Below are positions 28,799 through 38,297 of a stretch of 60,232 nucleotides of DNA, piece by piece. Source of the DNA: a virus (taxonomy: Duplodnaviria; Caudoviricetes); the IMG/VR virus record IMGVR_UViG_3300044825_000282, positions 1 through 60,232 of that record. One strand, given 5' to 3'. Both the position numbers and the translations under genes were made by a program. How positions within the stretch are numbered: the first letter of the stretch is position 1; every line of letters starts with the position of its first letter. A model generated the notes under the pieces. That model did not search any database, had not been told where the DNA came from, and worked only from the letters and a program-made list of their open reading frames with translations.

Positions 28799-30003
28799 AG
28801 TTCAGCACTCCAACCTAAATAGCCACTTGTGTTAGCAATATTACCCATCGCGCCTTGCCCAGCGACCAATGTGGCCCCTGTAGCAAAAGCAACAACAGAA
28901 AAAGTATCGCCCGCAGAGTTCAAGGTTGGAACTCCGTTACAAGTCGTAACAACGCCACCAGCCAATACGTTGTAATGTGCTGCTGTTCCACTTTGCTCAA
29001 GAGCAGTTGGATTGGTTCGCATGGTTACGGGGAATCTAGTAGTCGCCAAGACAAGTGACGTTGACCAGACAGTTCCAGAACATGGCGTTTGAGTGCCATA
29101 GACTCGATAGTAATACCTCTGACACAACTGCAACTCCGTACCATACGAACGGAAATCAAAAGATGTAGCGGTAGAGCCGCGCTCTAGTTGTACGCCGGTG
29201 ATGTAGAAGGTGGCTCCGTTGGTGCCGACTATATTGGTTGCGCCAGTCGGTGCGTATTTACTTCCCGTTGTCCATGTGTTTGCGGTTGCTTGTAGGCTCG
29301 TGCCACAACCCATAGAAAACACCAACTGAATACCAATGCTGTTGGAATTGTTGTTCCACGCACCAGCGGTTTGTGCCGGAATCGTGATGGTCTTGGTTTC
29401 CCAAGTGTTCGCAGCGTTGATGGTGTAACTGAACGGGAAGGTGTAGGTTTCAGCGGAATTAATCAAACAGCCACCGAAAGTACCCGTCAAAGAACTGCGA
29501 ACCAAGAACGACAGTGTAACGGGCTGCGCCCCAGCCGTTCCCCAGCCAATATCGGTTTGATTGAAGCCTTCGACCTTCTGGATGAGAAAGAAGACTTCAG
29601 AGGCTCCAACGGAATAAGCGGAAGACGATGTGATTTTTGCACATGTAGCAAAACCGTTTGCCGTAGGTGCGTCCGCCGTGTTTTGCTGGATCGTGAACTT
29701 TGACGCCTGAGAACCAACAACAAGCCAACGGTCAAGGCAATAGGTGTTGCTTGTTCCTTGGGTCACACTCGCACCAGCATTGCGCTGGTCTATAACCATC
29801 CCTCCGTTGATTAGCCGATTTTTGAAGCCGAACGTGTTGGGCAAGTTTGCGCCGTTGTTGAACGTCACCTGCTGAGAGGCATTGACCGACATGGCAGTGC
29901 TGCCATTGGTCTGGATGTTCAGCAGGCCATCATTCCCGCCCGTGGTCTTAAGACCAGAAGTGCCGGAGACTACGCCGTCATCCGAGTTGATAAGTGATGG
30001 CAT
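28795..30003 (-). CDS. tail fibre/receptor-binding module A
   Basis: FKNRLINGGMVIDQRNAG and GVQLERGSTATSF...ELQLCQRYY motifs. Confidence 0.8.
   Translation of the reverse strand: MPSLINSDDGVVSGTSGLKTTGGNDGLLNIQTNGSTAMSVNASQQVTFNNGANLPNTFGFKNRLINGGMVIDQRNAGASVTQGTSNTYCLDRWLVVGSQASKFTIQQNTADAPTANGFATCAKITSSSAYSVGASEVFFLIQKVEGFNQTDIGWGTAGAQPVTLSFLVRSSLTGTFGGCLINSAETYTFPFSYTINAANTWETKTITIPAQTAGAWNNNSNSIGIQLVFSMGCGTSLQATANTWTTGSKYAPTGATNIVGTNGATFYITGVQLERGSTATSFDFRSYGTELQLCQRYYYRVYGTQTPCSGTVWSTSLVLATTRFPVTMRTNPTALEQSGTAAHYNVLAGGVVTTCNGVPTLNSAGDTFSVVAFATGATLVAGQGAMGNIANTSGYLGWSAEL
29761..29802. repeat. 42-bp exact direct repeat, copy 1 (copy 2 at 32078-32119)
   Basis: GGTCACACTCGCACCAGCATTGCGCTGGTCTATAACCATCCC is identical at both sites. 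Confidence 0.9.
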
Positions 30004-30005
30004 CT

Positions 30006-30266
30006 TTAGCCTCCCATCTTGGTTTGTTGCTCTGCGACTGCGGCTTGATAAGCAGCAATAACTTCAGGTGTCCATGCGGCTTGAGCGATAGCCTGCACAT
30101 TTGCTGGCATGGCACTCACATCATCGCCCGGTGCAAACGACCAACGGTGGTATGTTTTTGCAACCTGCTCTTCACCTCGCATGATGGTCGTTGCTTCGCG
30201 AACCTGAAGGTGGCCGAGGCCAACAACTTCAATTTTGTCGATTGCTTTTGTTTCAGTGAGTGCCAT
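30006..30266 (-). CDS. small tail-fibre partner protein
   Basis: DKIEVV..LQVREAT...AWTPEVIAAY; follows a fibre module. Confidence 0.75.
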   Translation of the reverse strand: MALTETKAIDKIEVVGLGHLQVREATTIMRGEEQVAKTYHRWSFAPGDDVSAMPANVQAIAQAAWTPEVIAAYQAAVAEQQTKMGG

Positions 30267-30284
30267 GATTTTTTCCTTGCTTAA

Positions 30285-30911
30285 TTAGTCTGTCCAATAT
30301 GTGGCTGTGAAAATAAAATTTTGTTGTTCATTGGTCATATTTTGACCAGCCCAAGCACCGTCATCAGTCATGGTATATGGGACTAAATAAGTTCTTGCCT
30401 GCCCCATATATAACTGCATATACGAACCACCAGACCAGTTGTATTGCTCTACCATGCAAGGTGTTGCTCCCTGAAAAGTTGCGCCGGAGGTAAAAGGCAA
30501 ACCACCAATTCGCAGTTGACCAGTGCCAGTTGTGGAAGAAGCGGCTAAATCACAGGTGACATGAACAACTTTGCCAATCTTCACATACGATGCGGCTTGC
30601 GAGGTATATGTAGTCGTACCGCCTGTTGTTCCACCTTGAATTGTTGGTGTCCAACTACCTTCCTCATAATCATCTAGCGTGTTTGCGTCAGATGATGCCG
30701 ATTGGGTTGCGGGGAAAGTGATGCCTGCGCCAGTGGTTGCAGGAGTCGCACCACCGACACCAATGGTGGTCGCAAAGGACGGCGTTTGCAAAAGCGCCAT
30801 CGTCCCCGTTGAGGTCGGCAGTGTCAGCGTGTAGTTAGAGTTTGAATTAGGCGAGGCAATCGTGAACGTACCTGTTCCGCTTGCGTCACCTGAGAGTGCA
30901 ATTTTGCTCAT
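30285..30911 (-). CDS. tail fibre module B
   Basis: DANTLDDYEEGSWTPT and YVKIGKVV...GGLPF motifs. Confidence 0.8.
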   Translation of the reverse strand: MSKIALSGDASGTGTFTIASPNSNSNYTLTLPTSTGTMALLQTPSFATTIGVGGATPATTGAGITFPATQSASSDANTLDDYEEGSWTPTIQGGTTGGTTTYTSQAASYVKIGKVVHVTCDLAASSTTGTGQLRIGGLPFTSGATFQGATPCMVEQYNWSGGSYMQLYMGQARTYLVPYTMTDDGAWAGQNMTNEQQNFIFTATYWTD

Positions 30912-31111
30912 GGCAGAGTCCTCACATAATCTTTAGCCGCTTCAGGCGACATGACGTTACCGTCAGCGTCTTCCAGTTGCGCTTCGTCAGCCAGAATCTG
31001 GGCCTTGAACTGTTGGTAGTCCGTGTTGGCGGGGTCAAATGGAATAATGGCGCCATCAGACATCCTTTGGACGCTATTTATTTCGTTTAAATTTTTAATC
31101 AGTTTGTACAT
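30908..31111 (-). CDS. small tail-fibre partner protein
   Basis: IPFDPANTDYQQF motif. Confidence 0.75.
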   Translation of the reverse strand: MYKLIKNLNEINSVQRMSDGAIIPFDPANTDYQQFKAQILADEAQLEDADGNVMSPEAAKDYVRTLP

Positions 31112-31114
31112 AAT

Positions 31115-32215
31115 TTACAACTCCGAGGACGCAATCCATTGCCCATATACGCCACCAACAACCCAAGCGGCTCCAATATCAATATATATTCTGCAAGCAT
31201 TTTGTCCTATGTCTGCAAAATTTACGGTTGCTGTTCCAGACGCACCGTTTCGAAAGTAATCCCATACGGCCACTGTGGTTGGGCTTTGCCTATAGGCAGT
31301 CATTGTTGGAGCGGCTCTTTTTGAGACACAAAATTTTATTGGCAACGATAAATTATTGCCAGAATCAGATGATCCGCTTTGATGAATCATTCCGTTTGTT
31401 GTGGCGGTAGGCACGGCAACATCGATGTTATAAGACTTCTCGTAATACCGCTGGCACAAAGCCAATTCAGTTCCATACGAACGAAAATCAAAACTCGTTG
31501 CTGTGCTGCCTTTTTCGAATTGAACTCCGGTGACTTGCCATGTAGCGTTGAGTGTTCCGATGACTGAAACTGCGCCAGATACAGAATTTAAATCTCCAGC
31601 AGACCAAGCACCCGCAGTTGCCACAAAGTTAGAGCCTACCCCTAAACCAAAAGTAATTTGAACGCCTAGGCCATTCGTTGTATCCCAAGTGCCAGAGGTG
31701 TCCCCAGAAATTGTTACGGTTTTGTATTCCCATGTGTTTGCTGCTGAAATTGTGTATGAAAAACCATATGAGCGACTTAAGTTGGTTAAAGCGCCGCCAA
31801 ATGTACCTGTAAGAGAAGACCGCACCCAAAATGACAAAGTAACAGTTTGAGCATTTGCTGTTCCCCATCCAAAATCAGCGATGTTAAACCCCTCAACACG
31901 CTGAACAAAAACAGCCCGTTGACTTGCAGAAAGCGAAGAATCTGCGGTAGTGGTTGTGGCAATAACAGAATAAGAAAAGCCCGGTGGCGCATTGGTGCTT
32001 CTTTGAAAAGTCATTACGCCATCAGAATCTTCAAAACTAGCCCAACGATCTACAGGGAACACAAGCGTGTTTGTTCCGGTCACACTCGCACCAGCATTGC
32101 GCTGGTCTATAACCATCCCCGGATTGATAATCCGATTTTTGAAGCCGAAGGTGCTGTCGGAATCAAACTCTCCCGACTGCGTAATTCCGGTATCTCCGTT
32201 AATAACTACAGGCAT
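31115..32215 (-). CDS. tail fibre/receptor-binding module C (paralogue of 28795..30003)
   Basis: same FKNRIIN..DQRNAG and GVQFEKGSTATSF..LCQRYY motifs; visibly AT-richer DNA. Confidence 0.8.
   Translation of the reverse strand: MPVVINGDTGITQSGEFDSDSTFGFKNRIINPGMVIDQRNAGASVTGTNTLVFPVDRWASFEDSDGVMTFQRSTNAPPGFSYSVIATTTTADSSLSASQRAVFVQRVEGFNIADFGWGTANAQTVTLSFWVRSSLTGTFGGALTNLSRSYGFSYTISAANTWEYKTVTISGDTSGTWDTTNGLGVQITFGLGVGSNFVATAGAWSAGDLNSVSGAVSVIGTLNATWQVTGVQFEKGSTATSFDFRSYGTELALCQRYYEKSYNIDVAVPTATTNGMIHQSGSSDSGNNLSLPIKFCVSKRAAPTMTAYRQSPTTVAVWDYFRNGASGTATVNFADIGQNACRIYIDIGAAWVVGGVYGQWIASSEL
32078..32119. repeat. 42-bp exact direct repeat, copy 2
   Basis: identical to 29761-29802. Confidence 0.9.
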
Positions 32216-32225
32216 CTTTTTCTCC

Positions 32226-33005
32226 TTACAGAATCAGCCAACGCTGGTTCGTTGCAACTGTGATTGTCACGCCCGAATCAACAGTGATCGGACCCACGCT
32301 TAGACCATTCTCGCCACTGGCGATGGTGTAACTGACCGAGGCAACATCCTTGTTGGTCATGATTGCGCCACCAGCCTGTGCGCCACCAATACCGCCCCAC
32401 TGCCCAGAACCATAGCCTTCAAACTGACTGAGGCTGCTGTTGTAGCGGATCATGCCGTTAACAGGCGAACCGCTACGCTGCCCCGTGGTTCCTGCCGGGA
32501 GTTTGACCTGCCCGGTTCCGCTGAAGGTTGCATCACCAGTGAAGGTAGCGGTCGTGCCAGTCAGTGCGCCAGTCAGGTCCAGTGCGCCAGCGTGGTCGAA
32601 TTGGTAGGTAATGTCCGTGCCATCGTTGTAGATCAGCGCAGTCTTGCCGTTAGGGATGGTGACACCCACACCAGCAACAATCACCCGAATGCTTTGATTG
32701 CCTGTCGTGCCGTTTTTGACGATGTAGTTCTTGGTGACCGCCGGGACAATCAGGTCTCTGGTTGCCGTCAGACTGCCGCTTGAGGTCAGGTTCAGGAAGA
32801 AGGCCCGAGCATCCTGCGCGGCGTTTGTGTTAGACAGCGTGATGGTCTTGTTCGCATCCGAAGCAAAGTTCACGGTCACAAAGCCAACAACCGCCTGCTC
32901 CAACGCCGTGCCAAGGTTGGTGTTGGTTGTCGTACCCCAAGTACCAACCTGCTCACCAAGTGCGATGAGTTCAATCTTTAGGTTGGTTGAGTATGTGGAT
33001 GGCAT
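32226..33005 (-). CDS. tail fibre proximal/adaptor protein
   Basis: MPSTYSTNLKIEL..GTWGTTTNTN N-terminus, PAGTTGQR..GMIRYNS motif. Confidence 0.75.
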   Translation of the reverse strand: MPSTYSTNLKIELIALGEQVGTWGTTTNTNLGTALEQAVVGFVTVNFASDANKTITLSNTNAAQDARAFFLNLTSSGSLTATRDLIVPAVTKNYIVKNGTTGNQSIRVIVAGVGVTIPNGKTALIYNDGTDITYQFDHAGALDLTGALTGTTATFTGDATFSGTGQVKLPAGTTGQRSGSPVNGMIRYNSSLSQFEGYGSGQWGGIGGAQAGGAIMTNKDVASVSYTIASGENGLSVGPITVDSGVTITVATNQRWLIL

Positions 33006-33028
33006 ATTCTTTTCCTCTTGTCAAATGA

Positions 33029-33499
33029 TTACACAACCAGCCATCTTTGACCAGACGCGACTGTTACCGATACTCCGCTGGCGACAGTAATCGGACCCAC
33101 AGATTGCGCGTTCGTACCAGACTCGACCGTGTAGTTTTCGGTCACGGTTGTGTTGTTCACGACCAGTGCGCCAATACCGCCACCGCCACCGGTCAACGTT
33201 CTGCCAGCGGGGTAGGTGACGAACACATCCTTAGTTCCTGCGGAGAAGTTGGTCTTCGATCCGCTGTTCGAAGAAGCCAGCACCGTATCCCGCGATAGCG
33301 TTGTACCGCTGGAGGTGTACGTCCCAATCCCCACCTCCCATTCGCTGGTTCCCTGACCTGCGATGGTGTAGAAGGTCGTGTTGCCGTTCCCGATTGCCGA
33401 GAACGACTGGAATCCCGTCACTGCTCCTGCAAGCGTGACTGTCCCCGTACCTGTAGTGGTCGTGGTTTCTCGGACGCGATCTTTAACGACAAGTGCCAT
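33029..33499 (-). CDS. virion/tail adaptor protein
   Basis: KDRVRETTTTTGTGT motif; C-terminus similar to that of 32226..33005. Confidence 0.75.
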   Translation of the reverse strand: MALVVKDRVRETTTTTGTGTVTLAGAVTGFQSFSAIGNGNTTFYTIAGQGTSEWEVGIGTYTSSGTTLSRDTVLASSNSGSKTNFSAGTKDVFVTYPAGRTLTGGGGGIGALVVNNTTVTENYTVESGTNAQSVGPITVASGVSVTVASGQRWLVV

Positions 33500-33500
33500 A

Positions 33501-34583
33501 TCAGTTCGATGTCTTTATGACATTCCAAGTGGTTGAGTCAGCCGTGTTGATCACGGACCATGTGCCACCGTTTTGCGCGTTGATCACATTCCATGTCACC
33601 GACTGACTGTCGTTAATCAATTCCCAAAGCAGTCGTCCCAAAACGCTGTCCGATGCTCTTGCCAGTTCTGCCACCGACACAGAATAGATGGGTAGAGTGG
33701 TAGTGACATCCGATCCAGTTGCGCCCTCATGCACCGCAACGCCAAAGTCAATTGCACCACTGACCAAGTCAGAGATAACGGCAGACTCATCTACACTGAC
33801 AATGAAGATCACGCCGCCAGAAATCGTGTCGGTAGCGGTGACGCTTTCAATAACGCTGGCGGGGAATGCGAAGGAAGCGGAGACGGTTTCAGACGCTGTT
33901 GCGCTTTCGGCTGCGGTCGAAACAAAGGTGGCAATCGCGGAAACCAATTCGGAGACGGTTGAAAACTCGGTGATCAAGCCACCAAAGTCCACAGCGCCAA
34001 TGACTTGCTCGGAACCAGATGCCGACTCAGCAATACTGGAGTTGAACGTCACGGCTCCGAATGCAGCGTCTGATCCTGTTGCTTGCTCTGCGGCTGCTGC
34101 GTTGAAGACAGCGCCAGCAAAGGCTGCATCGGCTGCGGTTGCCGTCTCACTGACCGTTGAAACGAAGACCACGCGAGCCACAACCGTTTCGGATGCAGTT
34201 GCGGATTCAGAGACAAGCGGTGTAAACGTTGCGCTGGCGCTGATTGCGTCTGACCCTGTGGCGCTTTCAAGAACGCTTGCGCCAAAGTCAAGCCTTGCGG
34301 AAGTCGAGTCGGATGCGGTTGCCAGTTCGATGACGGTCACCACATAGGTGACGCTGGCAGCAATCGAGTCCGAAGCAGTCGCGGACTCAGAGACCGTGGT
34401 TTGGAAAACTACCCGTGCGGAGATGGAGTCTGCCCCTGTCGCCGACTCATTGATTTGAGTGGCGAACGTAGCCAGTGCGCTCAGAGTGTCTGAGGCATTG
34501 GCAGATTCTGCGACCGTGGCAGCATAAACAGCACCGGAAAGCGATGAGTATGGCGCGGTCGAGTAGGGCAGTAGTCCGTACAT
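33501..34583 (-). CDS. repetitive Ala/Ser/Thr-rich virion protein
   Basis: many tandem ~21-aa units containing ESATA/GSD. Confidence 0.75.
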   Translation of the reverse strand: MYGLLPYSTAPYSSLSGAVYAATVAESANASDTLSALATFATQINESATGADSISARVVFQTTVSESATASDSIAASVTYVVTVIELATASDSTSARLDFGASVLESATGSDAISASATFTPLVSESATASETVVARVVFVSTVSETATAADAAFAGAVFNAAAAEQATGSDAAFGAVTFNSSIAESASGSEQVIGAVDFGGLITEFSTVSELVSAIATFVSTAAESATASETVSASFAFPASVIESVTATDTISGGVIFIVSVDESAVISDLVSGAIDFGVAVHEGATGSDVTTTLPIYSVSVAELARASDSVLGRLLWELINDSQSVTWNVINAQNGGTWSVINTADSTTWNVIKTSN

Positions 34584-34585
34584 CC

Positions 34586-34765
34586 TTAAGCAACGGCCAG
34601 TTGGGATTCCTCAAACCAGCGTTGCTGCTTGGTTCCACTTTCGTCGGTCCACTCCACCAGATAGAAGAACGTGCCGTTCTCATCCATGCGAAGTGCAATG
34701 ACCGGACCCTGCGGAACCACAGAGACCAGTTTTACGGTTTGACCCTTGGTGTATTTCGTAGCCAT
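34586..34765 (-). CDS. hypothetical protein (59 aa, MATKYTKGQTV...; not in ORF track)
   Basis: read manually; AAGGAG RBS; fills the gap in the operon. Confidence 0.75.
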   Translation of the reverse strand: MATKYTKGQTVKLVSVVPQGPVIALRMDENGTFFYLVEWTDESGTKQQRWFEESQLAVA

Positions 34766-34774
34766 GTTTGCTCC

Positions 34775-35359
34775 TTATGCTGCGTCAAGGCTGAACTGGT
34801 AGGTGACGTTCAGCGTGTCACCCGAAACGACAGCACGGTCACCCGGCGACTGGAAGTCAGATGCCGAGAACAGAATGCCGGTCGTGCCGCCCTTGGTGTT
34901 ATTGCTTGCCAAGAATGCGCCAGCAATCGTGGTCGTGCCGTTGATGGAGAAAACAGCCACTGAAGCGGAGTTGCTGATCACAGAAGGATCAGCAGTGGTT
35001 GCTGCGCCAAACGTGCAGGCAGGACGAGTAGATTGGCTGTAAGCCGTGTCCTCAGTCCAGCCCGCATGAGACGACATCGTGTCACCAGCAGCGATGGTTG
35101 TGCCAGCGCCCGGGCCAGTAATCAGACCAAGATACCAAGTGGCGGTGTAGGACGAACCAGAGAAATACTTGTCGTTCATGTCCTTCAAGCCGACATTGAC
35201 CACAAGGTTCTTGGACTCCTCTTTCCACTTGAGATTTCCATCTTTGTCGTAGCACTCAAAGAAATACACGCCGCCTGCGCGAGCGCCTTCTTGAGATGCA
35301 CCACCGGCAGCGGCTTCTGCGAAGACCTTGTCGGTGGATTTTGCTTTGTTGTTGATCAT
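34775..35359 (-). CDS. virion structural protein
   Basis: KNLVVNVG...GDTLNVTYQ motifs, beta-rich. Confidence 0.7.
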   Translation of the reverse strand: MINNKAKSTDKVFAEAAAGGASQEGARAGGVYFFECYDKDGNLKWKEESKNLVVNVGLKDMNDKYFSGSSYTATWYLGLITGPGAGTTIAAGDTMSSHAGWTEDTAYSQSTRPACTFGAATTADPSVISNSASVAVFSINGTTTIAGAFLASNNTKGGTTGILFSASDFQSPGDRAVVSGDTLNVTYQFSLDAA

Positions 35360-35369
35360 TTCATGCTCC

Positions 35370-35786
35370 TTAAGAAATCCGAATCAAAGCCGAACTGCTG
35401 GTGTTGGCGGGGAACTGGACCTGAAACGTAGAGGTCGATGTCCTGTCAGCACCAAAGTCCAAAACACAAATTGCCGCTCCACCATCCTTGTAGATCAGCG
35501 CCCCACGGGCAGTGAATGCCCCGCTCCAAGACACATCGCCAAAGTCAATGAACGACACGCCATCAGAGATGGAAACGGATGGGGTCAGTGCTTCGCCTCC
35601 AGCCGTGTAACCGGTTGCCGACACCTCGCCGTCCGTGGTGTATGCCGCAGTCGATGCGTCCAAGGTTGCAGCATTGGTGTACAGAGCAATCTTGAATACA
35701 TCGGTCGTGCCAGTGGCGAAATCAAAGTCCGCACTGGCAAGACCCAGTTTAAACGTGTTGCAGGTGTAGTTGCCGGTGAAAGCCAT
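35370..35786 (-). CDS. virion structural protein
   Basis: FKIALYT...GYTAGG...ARGALIY...VLDFG motifs. Confidence 0.7.
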   Translation of the reverse strand: MAFTGNYTCNTFKLGLASADFDFATGTTDVFKIALYTNAATLDASTAAYTTDGEVSATGYTAGGEALTPSVSISDGVSFIDFGDVSWSGAFTARGALIYKDGGAAICVLDFGADRTSTSTFQVQFPANTSSSALIRIS

Positions 35787-36493
35787 CACTTGACCTCCAT
35801 GCGGAACTGACCGGACCTGTACGCATCCTGACGCTCCATGCCATCACCCAGACGCTTGGCAAGCATCAGGGCTTCGTTGTAGCGACCGATGTACATATCC
35901 ACGATGTCCTTCTCGGACTTCATGAATGCGGCGGCTTCCATCATTGCGCCGTACAGCAGCACAGAATCCATGTTGTCGCCCAGCCAAGTCTGACCGCTGG
36001 CAGCGGTGGTGATCGACTCGGGGTAGTAGTAGTAGTGCAACTCAACGCTGTATGCCGCATCCGGGGTCGGACCCAAGATGAACGTCAACTCATTGGTGAT
36101 GACCGGCGGCGTGTTGTTGGTCGTTGTCGGACCAAAGAGCGCGTAGTAGTAAGGCTTGCCGGTATCTGTCGGGCTGGGGAACGACTCACGGATGAAGTTC
36201 ACATCCTTGTTGAGCAAGTACAAGTATTCGCCAGACGTAGGATCAATGACGGCAATCGAGTAGACGGCAAGGAAATCGCCCGGGGAAGACAAGTATTTGT
36301 TGTTGCTGGTGGTTGTTCCAGTAACGTTCTTGCGCAGCGAAGGGAACTGAACTGAGTTGTAGATGCGCTGCTCTGCCTGCTGGACAAAGGTCGCAATCTG
36401 TTCATCCGAGGTCAAGCCCCCAGCGCCAACCGCCTGCGGGAAATCGTTCTCGCAGTAAGCCTTGATTCGCGCTTTCAGTTCAGTGTAATTCAC
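35786..36493 (-). CDS. head-tail adaptor/tail tubular protein A-like
   Basis: FVQQAEQRI, GKPYYY, GPTPD, LLYGA motifs. Confidence 0.7.
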   Translation of the reverse strand: MNYTELKARIKAYCENDFPQAVGAGGLTSDEQIATFVQQAEQRIYNSVQFPSLRKNVTGTTTSNNKYLSSPGDFLAVYSIAVIDPTSGEYLYLLNKDVNFIRESFPSPTDTGKPYYYALFGPTTTNNTPPVITNELTFILGPTPDAAYSVELHYYYYPESITTAASGQTWLGDNMDSVLLYGAMMEAAAFMKSEKDIVDMYIGRYNEALMLAKRLGDGMERQDAYRSGQFRMEVK

Positions 36494-36496
36494 CGA

Positions 36497-36691
36497 TTAC
36501 CCCATCTTTTTGCTGTGCCCAAAACCACGGGTGGTGTTCTTCGTGCCACGAGTGCGCTCAGTCTGAGTGTTAGGCGTGGCGTTCGGATAGCCCGTGTTAG
36601 GGGTTGGTTGTGTGTACGGCTTTGGCTGGACGTACTTCTCGCACGGTTCCTTAGTGTCAGCCGGGAAGTATTCGAATTTGTCGGTGTTCAT
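36497..36691 (-). CDS. small hypothetical protein (MNTDKFEY...)
   Basis: TAATG coupling to upstream gene. Confidence 0.6.
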   Translation of the reverse strand: MNTDKFEYFPADTKEPCEKYVQPKPYTQPTPNTGYPNATPNTQTERTRGTKNTTRGFGHSKKMG

Positions 36692-36861
36692 TAGCGCCCC
36701 CGAGATACAGAACGTTGATTCATCATGCGAGCGACATTGCGCCCGTACTTCTTCATCGACTCGGAAGTCACGCCGCCCTTTGCATAGCCTTTGCCATGCA
36801 TGGACTTCTCGTGCTTTTTGACTTCTTCCTTGGCGACCTTCTTCATCTTTGCTGTTTCCAT
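36691..36861 (-). CDS. small basic protein (56 aa, METAKMKK...; not in ORF track)
   Basis: AGGAG RBS; HEKSMH, YAKGG motif. Confidence 0.7.
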   Translation of the reverse strand: METAKMKKVAKEEVKKHEKSMHGKGYAKGGVTSESMKKYGRNVARMMNQRSVSRGR

Positions 36862-36870
36862 TTATCGCTC

Positions 36871-37299
36871 CTATGCGGTTACCACGTTTACTGTCCCCAA
36901 CTGAATACCGAGAATCAGATTGTTGGGTGTCAACCCAGTGTCGTCTGCTCTCGCCCCACCAACAGGGGCATACCCCCACTGGAAAATCCTACTACCACCT
37001 TCGGGTGTACCAGTCTGGTCCTGATTGGGGCCAGTCGTGTTCACCAACTGCAAACCACTCAAACCTGACGTGATGTAACTCAGGTCAGGTCTCGGATTGC
37101 GCAGCGCCTGCGGGTCATCCACCGGGTACATACCCAACTGCAACTGCGGCTGATCGGGTTCCCAGCACTCCGGGCAGACCAAGATGTTGACATTCTTGGT
37201 CTTGATGATCAGTCGCTTCAGTTGCTTTAACTTGAAGCGGAACCCACAGCGATCACACTCCGAGATCGCATTCTTACCAGAGGCAAACTTGTTCCCCAT
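36871..37299 (-). CDS. Zn-ribbon conserved phage protein
   Basis: CDRCGF...VCPECWEPDQPQL. Confidence 0.75.
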   Translation of the reverse strand: MGNKFASGKNAISECDRCGFRFKLKQLKRLIIKTKNVNILVCPECWEPDQPQLQLGMYPVDDPQALRNPRPDLSYITSGLSGLQLVNTTGPNQDQTGTPEGGSRIFQWGYAPVGGARADDTGLTPNNLILGIQLGTVNVVTA

Positions 37300-37302
37300 C
37301 TC

Positions 37303-38040
37303 TTACTCGATGAAGTATCGACGTGGAACAAAACGGACTGCGGACTTGTCGCGGTCCTCCTCGGTTGCATACTTCCATTGCTCGTCGTACTGCCCCTTGA
37401 GCATTTGCATACGATCAGGAGCAATCTTTGCTGACAGGTAATACGCCAGACCAGAGATCAGGCAGTTCAGGAATCTGAACGGGATGTCTTGGGTCTGCAC
37501 ACCGTTGCCAGCGTCCTGAATGCGGCGCAAGCGCCAGTACACGAACGTGTAGTAATTGCTCTGATCTGGCGCGGGCCAGACGTAAATCTGAGGGTGATCA
37601 ACACCCGTTGTCGGGTTGGTTCCTTCTGGCCTACCACCTGCCGGATAGGTTGCGCCAGACTGGCGATCCACCCACACCTGAATCGGGCGACCGGTTGCGT
37701 TCTTGTTTGGGATCGTGGCGTAGGTTGAGACGCTGATCCGAGTGATCGCAAGGTCTTGCTGGTTCTGACCAGTGCCCGTGCGCGTGACGTGTTCCAGCAG
37801 ATCGATGGTATCGACAGGCAGGGGATAGATGGCCTGATTCTCGTTCAGAGCAATCGATCCCTGTTCGATGGTCCAGAGGTTTACGCCACGGTTCGACCAT
37901 TCAACCGTCAGCAGGTTGAGGCTGCGCCGAGCGGTACGCAAGTCGTAGCCGCTTCGCAACTCCTTCCCGCAACGCTCGAAAGCCTCTTCAACGATGTTGT
38001 TGAGGTCGAGGTTGAATGATGCTGTTCCTGACGTTGTCAT
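37303..38040 (-). CDS. head-tail connector/tail tubular protein
   Basis: IVEEAFERCG, WSNRGVNLWT, YVWPAPD, GLAYYLS motifs. Confidence 0.7.
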   Translation of the reverse strand: MTTSGTASFNLDLNNIVEEAFERCGKELRSGYDLRTARRSLNLLTVEWSNRGVNLWTIEQGSIALNENQAIYPLPVDTIDLLEHVTRTGTGQNQQDLAITRISVSTYATIPNKNATGRPIQVWVDRQSGATYPAGGRPEGTNPTTGVDHPQIYVWPAPDQSNYYTFVYWRLRRIQDAGNGVQTQDIPFRFLNCLISGLAYYLSAKIAPDRMQMLKGQYDEQWKYATEEDRDKSAVRFVPRRYFIE

Positions 38041-38297
38041 TTCACCTTCCTGTGTCTAGCCACCTTTTTGGCGACCTTGGGAGGCTGCGGCACAAACTGC
38101 TTGCCTGCGGCCTTTCCTGCCCGCTTTGCGCGTGTCGTGGCGGCGTATTCGGAAGGCGAGAGGGACTTGATGGCCTTCTCTGGCAGATACCTTTCACCGG
38201 TCGCTTTCGCCCCCTGCGTAGATGGCTTACCACTCTTGGTACGCCACTTCTGCGCAGTCCAAGCCTTAAGGCTCTTCTGGGGCTTGGCGAGGGTCAT
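38037..38297 (-). CDS. small basic phage protein (MTLAKPQKSL...)
   Basis: QKWRTKSGK..GERYLP motif; ATGA coupling. Confidence 0.7.
   Translation of the reverse strand: MTLAKPQKSLKAWTAQKWRTKSGKPSTQGAKATGERYLPEKAIKSLSPSEYAATTRAKRAGKAAGKQFVPQPPKVAKKVARHRKVK

Noticed and set aside
28795-32215. Diversity-generating retroelement or invertible shufflon in the tail fibres
   Set aside because: No reverse transcriptase, no adenine-specific TR/VR mismatch pattern, and the repeats are direct and in coding frame rather than inverted.
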